From: Verrucomicrobiia bacterium
GTDB lineage: Bacteria > Verrucomicrobiota > Verrucomicrobiia > Palsa-1439
Assembly: GCA_035515475.1 (NCBI GenBank)
Contig: DATJBF010000070.1
Coordinates: forward strand, 3,228-67,227
Reading direction: 5' to 3'
DNA: 64,000 nt
Under the pieces are notes generated by a model. It searched no databases, was not told the DNA's origin, and saw only the letters and a program-made list of their open reading frames with translations. Each line of letters starts with the position of its first letter. The first letter of the stretch is position 1. The translations under genes were made by a program, and so were the position numbers. Shown here in pieces: positions 28,064-36,807 of this stretch.

Positions 28064-29788
28064 ATGGCCCGTTCCTTACTGAAGCGGTGGGTGATTGCCA
28101 ACTCCGAACCCGCGCGGACGCGAGCGTTGGCCCAGGCGGTCCGCATCCCGGCTCCTCTGGCGCAAGTTCTGATCAACCGCGGTTATTGCGATCCCGCTGA
28201 GGCGGGACGCTTTCTCAATCCGCAGCTTCGGCAACTCCGCGATCCGTTCGAGTTGCCCGACATGGATGCGGCGGTGGCGCGCCTCGTGACGGCCATCGGC
28301 CGGCGCGAGCGGCTCGTGATTTATGGCGACTACGACGTGGATGGTGTCACCTCCAGCGCACTCTTGCTGCGCGTTCTCCGGGCCGCCGGTGCCGACGTGG
28401 GAAGTTTTCTTCCGCACCGCATGGACGAAGGCTACGGCCTCAGCCAGAATGGGGTGGCACGCTGTCTCCAGGAGCATGACCCCCGGCTGTTGGTCGCGGT
28501 CGACTGCGGCACCAGTTCCGTTCACGAGATCGCCGAGCTGAAGAAGCGCCACATCGACACGATCGTCCTCGACCATCACGAACCGCCCGACCAATTGCCG
28601 GAGTGCGTGGCGGTGGTGAACCCCAAGCGGTCGGTGGAGCGTCGGAGCGACGGGGGGTCAGCGCGCGCAGACTCCTGCGAGCCGTTGGCCAGCGTGGGCG
28701 TGTCGTTCAAGCTCGCGCACGCGCTGTTCAAGCGCGAACGTCATCTGGCGAAAGCGGTCGACTTGCGCGAGCATCTCGACCTCGTGGCGGTCGGAACGGT
28801 CGCGGACGTTGTGCCGCTGACCGGCGAGAACCGGATCCTGGTGAGGTCGGGACTGGAGCGGTTGCCGCGCACGCGGAAGGTCGGGTTGCGGGCGTTGCTC
28901 AACGTGGCGGACGTGCCGGACAAGGTGGGTCCCTATCACATCGGGTTCCGTCTTGGGCCGCGCTTGAACGCTGCCGGGCGGTTGGCGGACGCGATGGCCG
29001 CGCTGGAATTGTTGCTGACCGAGAACGCGGCGCGCGCGGACGAACTGGCCCGGCTGCTCGACGAGCACAATGCCGAGCGCCAGCAAATTGAAGAACGCAT
29101 CTCCGAGGAAGCCCTGGCAGAGGCCGCGCGGCGGGAAACGGATCGGGTCCTCGTGCTGGCAAATCCCGAGTGGCACGCCGGCGTGATCGGCATCGTCGCC
29201 TCGCGGATAGCGCAGCAATATCATCGGCCGACCGTGATGATTGGCGAGGGTGGCAAAGGGTCATGCCGCAGCATTGGCGGCTTCTCGATGGTCGACGCGC
29301 TGTCGCACTGCGCGTCGGTGCTCGAACGGTTCGGCGGCCACGAGATGGCGGCGGGGTTGAGCGTTCAAACGGGGAAGATTGCCGCCTTGCGTCGCCTGCT
29401 CAACGAACACGCGGCCCGCGTGCTCTCGGACGAAGATTTGCAGCCGCGTCTCCGCGTCGACGCGGTCGTCCGGCTCGACGAATTGGATGCCGAATTCTTC
29501 CAACATCTCGACCGTCTCGAACCGTGCGGCCAGGGCAACCCCGAGCCGACGTTCGCCGCGCAAGGTGTTCGGGTGCGCGGCACGCCGCGCGTGGTGGGCG
29601 CCGATCATCTGAAATTTTTCGTGCGAGACCCCGACAGCGGGATCGGGGCCGAAGCGATTTGGTGGAAAATGGCCGGACGCGAATTGCCGGGCGGGCCGCT
29701 GGATGTGGCGTTCCACGCCGAGTTGCACGAATACCGCGGCGAGCAGACCGTGCAGCTCAACGTGCGGGACGTCCGGCCGAATGGATAG
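28064..29788 (+). CDS. recJ: ssDNA-specific exonuclease RecJ
   Basis: 'GDYDVDG', 'EGYGL', 'VDCG', 'DHH', 'GTVADV.PL', 'PRLNAAGRL', 'GGH.MAAGL', 'P.G.GNPEP'. Confidence 0.96.
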   Translation: MARSLLKRWVIANSEPARTRALAQAVRIPAPLAQVLINRGYCDPAEAGRFLNPQLRQLRDPFELPDMDAAVARLVTAIGRRERLVIYGDYDVDGVTSSALLLRVLRAAGADVGSFLPHRMDEGYGLSQNGVARCLQEHDPRLLVAVDCGTSSVHEIAELKKRHIDTIVLDHHEPPDQLPECVAVVNPKRSVERRSDGGSARADSCEPLASVGVSFKLAHALFKRERHLAKAVDLREHLDLVAVGTVADVVPLTGENRILVRSGLERLPRTRKVGLRALLNVADVPDKVGPYHIGFRLGPRLNAAGRLADAMAALELLLTENAARADELARLLDEHNAERQQIEERISEEALAEAARRETDRVLVLANPEWHAGVIGIVASRIAQQYHRPTVMIGEGGKGSCRSIGGFSMVDALSHCASVLERFGGHEMAAGLSVQTGKIAALRRLLNEHAARVLSDEDLQPRLRVDAVVRLDELDAEFFQHLDRLEPCGQGNPEPTFAAQGVRVRGTPRVVGADHLKFFVRDPDSGIGAEAIWWKMAGRELPGGPLDVAFHAELHEYRGEQTVQLNVRDVRPNG

Positions 29789-29799
29789 TCAGCAGTGGG

Positions 29800-29830
29800 T
29801 GATGGTTCATGAGCCATCAGCCATGAACCA
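29800..29830. terminator. Hairpin between convergent recJ and rpmB (possible bidirectional terminator or REP-like element)
   Basis: TGGTTCATG-agccatcagc-CATGAACCA followed by CTTT. Confidence 0.45.
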
Positions 29831-29836
29831 CTTTCC

Positions 29837-30067
29837 CTACGCCACTTTGAGCACGCGACCGCTCTTGATGCAGTTGGTGCAGGCCTTGATCTTGCGGTGC
29901 GTACCGCCCACGACCGCGTGAACGACTTGAAGGTTGGGCTTGAACAACCGCGGCGTGATCGCCGTCACGTGTTGGCCGATGCCGCCCTTCTTCTTGGGCT
30001 GGCCGCGGCGCAGGATGCGGTTGCCGCGCACACCGCCCTTGCCGCAAATTTCACAACGTCGAGACAT
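29837..30067 (-). CDS. rpmB: 50S ribosomal protein L28
   Basis: 'MSRRCEICGK', 'FKPNLQ', 'ACTNCIK'; promoter TTGCGA-N17-TATTGT upstream. Confidence 0.96.
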   Translation of the reverse strand: MSRRCEICGKGGVRGNRILRRGQPKKKGGIGQHVTAITPRLFKPNLQVVHAVVGGTHRKIKACTNCIKSGRVLKVA

Positions 30068-30136
30068 GAGGTAACTCCGTTTCTTTCTGAGAGCGGCGAA
30101 CAATAGCCAAAGTGCCGCGCCGTCGCAAGGGGAAAA

Positions 30137-31492
30137 TTAGCCGCGCAATTTCCGCGCGATGAGCGGCGCCAATTCGGCGATCGGGATGCGGTCTTGCTTC
30201 ATCGTGTCGCGGTCGCGGAGGGTCACGGTATCTTTCAGCTCCGGGCCCTTTTCGCCGAGCGTCTCAAAGTCGATGGTCGCGCACCACGGCGTGCCCTGTT
30301 CATCCTGGTACCGGTAACGCTTGCCGATGTTGCCGCGGTCGTCCCACTCGGTGGTGACGTGCGGTTGCAGGAGTCGGAAGACCTCCTTGGCTTTCTCGAC
30401 CAGCGGCGGTTTGTTGCGCAACAGGGGAAACACCGCCACTTTGACCGGCGCGATGCGCGGGGCGAAGCGCATGACGACGCGCGTCTCCGTTTTGCCGCTG
30501 TCGTCGGCGATCGGTTCTTCGTCATACGCCGAGCAGATGAGCGCGAGGGCGATGCGGTCCACGCCGGCGGAGGGCTCGACGACGTGCGGGATGTATTTCT
30601 CCTTCGTCTCGTCGTCGAAATATTCCATGCTCTTGCCGGAAAACTTCTGGTGCTGGCTCAGGTCGAAATCACCGCGGGCGGCGATGCCTTCCAGTTCCTG
30701 CACGCCGAACGGAAACTCGAACATCACGTCCACGCAGGCGCTGGCATAGTGGGCGAGTTCCTCCTTCCTGTAATTGTAGCAACTGAGCTTGTTGGCCGGC
30801 AGGCCGATGGACTCGTACCACTTCATCCGTTCTTTCACCCAGTATTCGTGCCAGCGGGAGTCCGTGCCGGGCTTGACAAAGAACTCCAGCTCCATCTGCT
30901 CGAACTCGCGGCTGCGGAAGGTGAAATTGCGCGGGTTGATTTCGTTGCGGAAGGCCTTGCCGATTTGCGCGATGCCGAACGGGACTTTTTGGCGGGACAC
31001 GCTGAGCACGTTGAGGAAGTCGGCGAAAATGGCCTGCGCCGTTTCGGGCCGTAGATAAGCGACGCTGGCGGCATCCTCGACGGGGCCGACATTGGTCTTG
31101 AACATCAGATTGAACTTGCGCGCCTCGGTGAACTCGTGCGGGCCGCCTGCGGGGCATTTCGTGTCGGGCAACTGATCGGCCCGCCAGCGGCCCTTGCACT
31201 TTTTGCAGTCCACCATCGGGTCGGTGAACGCGGTCGTGTGTCCGCTGGCTTCCCAAACGCGGGGATGCGTGATGATGGTGCCGTCGATGCCGACGACGTC
31301 GGTGCGGCTGCGGACCACGTCATTCCACCAGGCGTCCTTGATATTGCGTTTGAGCTCGGCGCCGGCTGGGCCGTAATCCCAAAACCCGTTGATGCCGCCG
31401 TAGATTTCGCTGGATTGGAAGACGAACCCGCGCCGTTTGCACAGCGCGACAATTTTGTCCATCAACGGCGGCGATTGCTTCGGGGCTGACAT
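30137..31492 (-). CDS. glyQS: Glycine--tRNA ligase, alpha2 (eukaryote/Thermus-like) type
   Basis: '[15 protein letters not shown]', 'YLRPETAQ', 'GKAFRNEI', 'FR.REFEQME', 'IEPS.G' equivalent VVEPSAG, anticodon domain. Confidence 0.96.
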   Translation of the reverse strand: MSAPKQSPPLMDKIVALCKRRGFVFQSSEIYGGINGFWDYGPAGAELKRNIKDAWWNDVVRSRTDVVGIDGTIITHPRVWEASGHTTAFTDPMVDCKKCKGRWRADQLPDTKCPAGGPHEFTEARKFNLMFKTNVGPVEDAASVAYLRPETAQAIFADFLNVLSVSRQKVPFGIAQIGKAFRNEINPRNFTFRSREFEQMELEFFVKPGTDSRWHEYWVKERMKWYESIGLPANKLSCYNYRKEELAHYASACVDVMFEFPFGVQELEGIAARGDFDLSQHQKFSGKSMEYFDDETKEKYIPHVVEPSAGVDRIALALICSAYDEEPIADDSGKTETRVVMRFAPRIAPVKVAVFPLLRNKPPLVEKAKEVFRLLQPHVTTEWDDRGNIGKRYRYQDEQGTPWCATIDFETLGEKGPELKDTVTLRDRDTMKQDRIPIAELAPLIARKLRG

Positions 31493-31503
31493 TGCGAGCG
31501 CGA

Positions 31504-31533
31504 ACTATCGCACGAACGTTTTGTGCGAGTCAA
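31504..31533 (-). promoter_or_regulatory. sigma70 promoter of glyS
   Basis: TTGACT-N18-GATAGT with extended TG, 11 nt before ATG. Confidence 0.6.
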
Positions 31534-31751
31534 GTTGCCAGCGCGCCCGGCGAGGCGGTACCGGTCCCGATCTCGCCAGGCGAACATTTTTCTCGCGACC
31601 GAACGTGGATTGCGTGAGAAGCCGCAACCCCAGAGACCCGGTCGGGCCCTTTCGTACAGCCTCCCACTTTTTGAGCCACAACTCCAAGCGCAGTGCCGCT
31701 TGAGATGAGATTGCATCGGCGGACCTGCCAGCTCTGACGAATTTAGTCTAT

Positions 31752-31844
31752 GTAATCCCAGAACCCGTTGATGCCGCCGTAGATTTCGCTGGATTGGAAG
31801 ACGAACCCGCGGCGTTTGCACAGCGCGACAATTTTGTCCATCAA
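31752..31844 (-). repeat. Direct-repeat copy of the glyS 5' region (31373-31465), forming a truncated mini-ORF
   Basis: 93 bp, 91/93 identical; reads [32 protein letters not shown]-stop. Confidence 0.9.
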
Positions 31845-32016
31845 ACCGGCTCGTTTTGGCCCTGTCAGGGCAGGCAGACCATGGGGAAAACCCTTAGATC
31901 ATGTTGAGATGAGGCGGTTCGGTAGTGGCATCTTCGGTGCTCTAGCGGTTGTGCTGGGAGGTGCCCCCCATAAGGACAGATTGAGGAAGGAGAGGCGTTA
32001 TGCGGAGAGCGGCGTT

Positions 32017-34173
32017 ATGAAAAGACTGTTGGGGAGCATATGTTCTGGTGCCCTGCTCTTGGGCATGGTCACCGTGAACAGCCGTGCGGCGACCACCACC
32101 AATCTGTTGGAGATGGACTTGGAAGCGCTGGTGAACGTCGAGGTCCGAAGCCCCGCCGGATTGACCGAAATCGATTCCCGCCGGGTGCCGGTCGCGATGA
32201 CGGAACTCGACGCGCGGGATATACAGCAGTCGGGTGCCCGAGATTTGGATCACTTGTTGGAGATTTACGTTCCCAACACGCAGTTCCTCCTGCATCACAC
32301 CCCACAACCTGATTTCGGATTTCGGGGAATCATCAGCGACCGGGATGACAAATACCTTTACCAGGTGAATGGCGTCACGATGAACAACCGGCTGTTGCAG
32401 GGCGCGGGGGACGAGCGCGAGCTGCCGTTGCTGGGGGACATCCGCTCCGTGGACGTGGTGCGGGGCCCGGCGTCGGCCACGCACGGCGCGGGCGCACTGG
32501 CCGGAGTCATTGACGTGGAAACATACAACGGCCTGACGTTTCAGGGAGCTGACCTGAACCTCCGCCAAGGTGTGATCAATCAATACACTGCGGCCGAGGC
32601 GCGGTATGGCCACAAGTTCAGCGACACATCCGGGTTGTTTGCGTATGGCGGCGTCGCCGACGTGCAAGGCGCGGACAATACTTATTACATCGGACACTCC
32701 TATCCGGCCAAGAACGGTTTGCCCGCCAATGTCGTCGGGGAACCGGTTGACGGGCCGATCCCGGGTCTCAATGAGCCGGCGTTCGGCTCGCTCTGGGGCA
32801 AGGCTCACCTGAGTTACGTGAACGGGCCGTTTGAGATCTGGGGCCGATTCGTCCAAGACGGCGAGGTGGCGCCGCCGAGCCGCTCGATTTATTCGAGCAC
32901 GCGGCCGGCGGACAGATCTCTGGACGACTGGACGTTGGGGCGTGAGATCCGAAATCAGCAGTACACCGCCACCGCCAGCTTCAAGAAGGACCTCTCGCCG
33001 TCGTGGAACCTGGAAATGCTGGAAAGCTGCGACCTATGGGTGTTCAAGGATCAGCGGGCCTTCACCAGCCCGAAGCCGACGCGCGTGGCGCACGAGGACC
33101 AAGCGTTCAGCCGCGCCATTGCGGATTGGACTCCCAACAGCGCCCATTCGTTGGCCTTCGGCGTGGAATACTCCCACATGTGGTTCCACGATCCGCCATA
33201 TGCCGATGCCTTGGATATCTCGCCGGTGGTTTCCAATCGTAACTGGCAGACCGACACAATTTCTTTCCTGGCTGAGCACCAGTGGAAGATCACCAAGGAC
33301 TGGACGACCTTTTTGAGTTTTCGCACGGACAAACACACCTACTCCGGCTGGCTGCTCTCGCCACGAGGCACGGTGGTATTCACGCCGACGGATCGGGACA
33401 CGTTCAAGGCCATGGCCGGGCAGTCCGTCCGCCGCAGTGGGGATGAGGAGTTGTGGGCGGAGTGGGAACGGGAGCGCACGGTCCCGGACCCGGAAACGCT
33501 CCGTTCCTACGAGGGTTCGTACGAGCACCGATTCTGGGACCAGTGGAGCGTGGGGGCTAACGGGTTTTACGAAGACTATAGTGCCATTGGTTACAGCTCG
33601 ACTTTGTATCATTCGGTGTCCCTCGGTCGTTTTCGAATTGCTGGCGGCGAGTTTCTGATCAGCTACACCAATCGGGCCACGCGCCTCACGTTGTCCGAGG
33701 GAGTAGCGAAGCTGGTGAATTCCAAGGTGCCCACGAGTTTGCCGGCGGGCGGGCAGGGGATCACCGCCGAGCCATACGGCTATGGGCACGACCTGGCGGA
33801 GTGGGCGCCGTCGATCACCAAGCTGGCACTCCTGCATGATATCGGTAGGAGATGGACGGTCAGTTCCTCGCTGGTTTATTATTCAGGGTTCCCCGGGGCT
33901 CAGGACTACGCCAAGTACAACGGCTCGCGCTCGTCTCCGCTGTCCGGCTTGCCCTATAGCGATGCGGGAGACACGACGCCGTACGGCCCCAATCTGTACG
34001 TGAATGCAGGCCTGGAGTTTCGTCCGTCGCCGAACTGGACCATCCGTGTGGACGGATACAACCTTGCGGCGCTTGCGGACAAGTCGTTGTCCAAACGCAA
34101 CTATTACTTCCGACTATCGGAATACAGCGTGGAGCCGGCCTCAGCGACCGTGTCCGTGCGTTACCGATTCTAA
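32017..34173 (+). CDS. TonB-dependent outer-membrane receptor (plug + barrel)
   Basis: Signal peptide; plug motif 'VDVVRGPASATHGAGALAGVIDV'; C-terminal '...VRYRF'. Confidence 0.88.
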   Translation: MKRLLGSICSGALLLGMVTVNSRAATTTNLLEMDLEALVNVEVRSPAGLTEIDSRRVPVAMTELDARDIQQSGARDLDHLLEIYVPNTQFLLHHTPQPDFGFRGIISDRDDKYLYQVNGVTMNNRLLQGAGDERELPLLGDIRSVDVVRGPASATHGAGALAGVIDVETYNGLTFQGADLNLRQGVINQYTAAEARYGHKFSDTSGLFAYGGVADVQGADNTYYIGHSYPAKNGLPANVVGEPVDGPIPGLNEPAFGSLWGKAHLSYVNGPFEIWGRFVQDGEVAPPSRSIYSSTRPADRSLDDWTLGREIRNQQYTATASFKKDLSPSWNLEMLESCDLWVFKDQRAFTSPKPTRVAHEDQAFSRAIADWTPNSAHSLAFGVEYSHMWFHDPPYADALDISPVVSNRNWQTDTISFLAEHQWKITKDWTTFLSFRTDKHTYSGWLLSPRGTVVFTPTDRDTFKAMAGQSVRRSGDEELWAEWERERTVPDPETLRSYEGSYEHRFWDQWSVGANGFYEDYSAIGYSSTLYHSVSLGRFRIAGGEFLISYTNRATRLTLSEGVAKLVNSKVPTSLPAGGQGITAEPYGYGHDLAEWAPSITKLALLHDIGRRWTVSSSLVYYSGFPGAQDYAKYNGSRSSPLSGLPYSDAGDTTPYGPNLYVNAGLEFRPSPNWTIRVDGYNLAALADKSLSKRNYYFRLSEYSVEPASATVSVRYRF

Positions 34174-34805
34174 TGTTTACCAAACCACATATTCCAGATC
34201 GGGCAGGTACGGTGCGCGGCTTGGCGAGCGAAACCAGGATGGTTCGGCTTCTGGTTGTGGTATTGGCTACGCTGGGATTCCCGTGTGGGAAGATGATGGT
34301 GGCGGCTAATGCTCCGGATGTGTCCGAGGAACAGGTCAAGGCCGCTTTTCTCATCAACTTCCCGAAGTACGTGGATTGGCCGGCGAACGCTTTTGCCGAG
34401 ACCAACAGCCCGATCGTGGTGGCGGTGTTTGGCGAGACCAGTTTGGACGGAGACCTCCAGAGAATGATCAAGGGCAAAGTGATCATGGGGCATCCTCTCG
34501 TTTTCAAGCGGGTGACGACGGAAGAAGAGTGCGCCAGCGGTTGTCAGATTCTGTTCATTGACGCAGCCGCGGCCCGGCGGGTCCCGGACATCATCAACAA
34601 GCTTGATGGGGCGAGCACACTGACCGTTGGCGACAGTGAAGATTTCCTCGACAGTGGCGGCGTCATCAAACTCGCCAAACGCGACCGGAAGATCCGGCTC
34701 GAGGTGAACCTGACCGCGGCCCGCCGCGCCCATCTCAAGCTCAGTTCGAAACTGCTCGGCGTGGCCGATGTTGTGCTGGGCAAGCCGCAGAGTGGGGGAG
34801 GCTGA
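34173..34805 (+). CDS. yfiR: YfiR family periplasmic protein (DUF4154)
   Basis: 'EEQVKAAFL.NF.KYV.WP', 'CQILFI', 'LTVGD...F...GG.I', 'EVNL.AA....L.LSSKLL'; alternative start 34239. Confidence 0.92.
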   Translation: MFTKPHIPDRAGTVRGLASETRMVRLLVVVLATLGFPCGKMMVAANAPDVSEEQVKAAFLINFPKYVDWPANAFAETNSPIVVAVFGETSLDGDLQRMIKGKVIMGHPLVFKRVTTEEECASGCQILFIDAAAARRVPDIINKLDGASTLTVGDSEDFLDSGGVIKLAKRDRKIRLEVNLTAARRAHLKLSSKLLGVADVVLGKPQSGGG

Positions 34806-34806
34806 C

Positions 34807-36807
34807 GTGCGGCTCCTCCAAAATGCCTCCATTCGGCGCAAGCAGATGCTGGTCATCATGCTCACCTGTATCGTTGCGCTGCTGTTGGCCTGCACGGGGT
34901 TCGTCGTTTACGAAATCGTCTCGTATCGACAGGAATTGGTCTGGAGTCTTACGTCGCTGGGCCAGATGGTTGGCGATAACGCCAGTGGGGCCCTCGACTT
35001 CAATGATCCCAAGGCCGCGGAAGACATGATGTCGGCGTTCCGGATGCGGCCGAACATTGTGGCCGCGTGCATTTACGCAAAGGACGGGAGTCCATTCGCC
35101 AAGTATCTTCGGACCGACCTTCCGGCCGACTTCTCGTTTCCAAAGCTGGAGACGGACGGCTACAGGTTTACCGACGGCCGGTTGATGTTGTTCCACACCA
35201 TTCTGGAAAAGGGCGATAAGATTGGCTCGATTTACCTGGAGTCGGACCTCGGACGGTTGACGGCGCGGTTGAGAAGGTACGCAATTATCGTCATCGTCGT
35301 GTTGTGCGCGTCCGTGTTGGCCGCCTTTCTCCTGTCGTCCGGACTTCAGCGCTGGCTGTCGAAACCGATCCTGCATCTGGCCGAGATCGCCAAGGCGGTC
35401 GCGGTGGAGAAGAACTATGCCGTTCGTGCCGTCAAGCAGAGCGGGGACGAATTGGGCATACTCACCGACGGTTTCAACGAGATGCTGGCGCAAATTCAGC
35501 AGCGGGACGCCGCCCTCCAGGCCGCCAACGAAGGTTTGGAGAAACGCGTGGAGGCACGCACGCAGGAGTTGGAGAGTTCCCTGTCGCTGCTGCATGCCAC
35601 GGTTGAGTCCACAGCCGACGGCATTCTGGTGGTGGATCGCCGGGGCAAGGTCGTGACCTACAACAAGAAGTTCGCGACCATGTGGCACATTCCGGAGACC
35701 GTGCTCTCGTCCGATGACGACGAACGGTTGCTGGGGGCGGTGCTCGATCAACTGAGCGATCCGGACGGATTCCTTGACAAGGTGCGGCAGTTGTACGCCA
35801 CCCCTGACGCGGAGAGTTTTGACGTGATCACTTTCAAGGATGGCCGGATCTTCGAACGATACTCGCAGCCCCAGTATGTGCGGGATCAAATTGTCGGCCG
35901 TGTCTGGAATTTCCGGGACGTGAGCGAGCGCAAGCGTGCCGAAAGCAAACTGGAAACCCTCCACCGGCAACTGCTGGACACGTCCCGCCAGGCCGGTATG
36001 GCCGAGGTGGCGACGAACGTGCTGCACAACGTCGGCAACGTGCTCAACACCGTGAACGTCTCTATTTCCATCGCCTCGGACAAGGTCCGGAAATCCAGAA
36101 TCGCGAACCTGGCCAAGGCGGCCGGGCTGCTCGAGGAGCACCGGGGCGATTTGGCTGCGTTTCTCACGCACGATGCGAAAGGAACGCAGTTGCCTGATTA
36201 CCTGATCAAACTCGCGAGCCATTTGACCGAGGAACAAGGGGAAATTCTCAAGGAGCTGCAGTTACTCCAGAGCAACGTCGAGCACATCAAGGACATCGTG
36301 GCTATGCAGCAGAGTTACGCCAAGGTTTCGGGCATGGTGGAGTCCTTGCCGCCGGTGGAACTGGTCGAGGACGCACTGCGCATGAACGCCGCCGCGTTGG
36401 GGCGGCACGAGGTGCAGGTCGTCCGCGAGTATGGCGACGCCCCGCTCGTATCGGTGGAAAAACACAAGGTATTGCAAATCTTGGTGAACCTGATTCGCAA
36501 TGCCAAGTACGCGTTGGACGAGGGCGGTCGTTCCGACAAGCGGTTGACACTGCGGATCGCTCGCAATGGCGACGACTTCGTCCACGTTTCGGTGATCGAC
36601 AACGGCGTGGGGATCCCCGCGGAGAACGTGACGCGGATTTTTGAGCACGGCTTCACCACCCGCAAAGGCGGTCATGGATTTGGCCTGCATAGCGGGGCGT
36701 TGGCAGCCCAAGAGATGGGCGGGACGTTGAGTGTCAGCAGCGATGGCCCCGGCCACGGCGCCGTCTTCACCCTGGCATTGCCGATCAAACCGAAGGAGGG
36801 GAAATGA
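34807..36807 (+). CDS. Sensor histidine kinase: TM-periplasmic (YfiN/CHASE8-like)-TM-HAMP-PAS-HisKA-HATPase
   Basis: 'AL.FND..AA', HAMP 'DELG.L.DGFN.ML', H-box 'VLHNVGN', N/G boxes 'NLIRNA', 'GFTT..GGHGFGL'. Confidence 0.9.
   Translation: MRLLQNASIRRKQMLVIMLTCIVALLLACTGFVVYEIVSYRQELVWSLTSLGQMVGDNASGALDFNDPKAAEDMMSAFRMRPNIVAACIYAKDGSPFAKYLRTDLPADFSFPKLETDGYRFTDGRLMLFHTILEKGDKIGSIYLESDLGRLTARLRRYAIIVIVVLCASVLAAFLLSSGLQRWLSKPILHLAEIAKAVAVEKNYAVRAVKQSGDELGILTDGFNEMLAQIQQRDAALQAANEGLEKRVEARTQELESSLSLLHATVESTADGILVVDRRGKVVTYNKKFATMWHIPETVLSSDDDERLLGAVLDQLSDPDGFLDKVRQLYATPDAESFDVITFKDGRIFERYSQPQYVRDQIVGRVWNFRDVSERKRAESKLETLHRQLLDTSRQAGMAEVATNVLHNVGNVLNTVNVSISIASDKVRKSRIANLAKAAGLLEEHRGDLAAFLTHDAKGTQLPDYLIKLASHLTEEQGEILKELQLLQSNVEHIKDIVAMQQSYAKVSGMVESLPPVELVEDALRMNAAALGRHEVQVVREYGDAPLVSVEKHKVLQILVNLIRNAKYALDEGGRSDKRLTLRIARNGDDFVHVSVIDNGVGIPAENVTRIFEHGFTTRKGGHGFGLHSGALAAQEMGGTLSVSSDGPGHGAVFTLALPIKPKEGK

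Noticed and set aside
31740-31770. Possible dif/Xer site at the edge of the glyS repeat
   Set aside because: Only a partial TATGTAAT resemblance; no XerC arm or 6-bp core geometry
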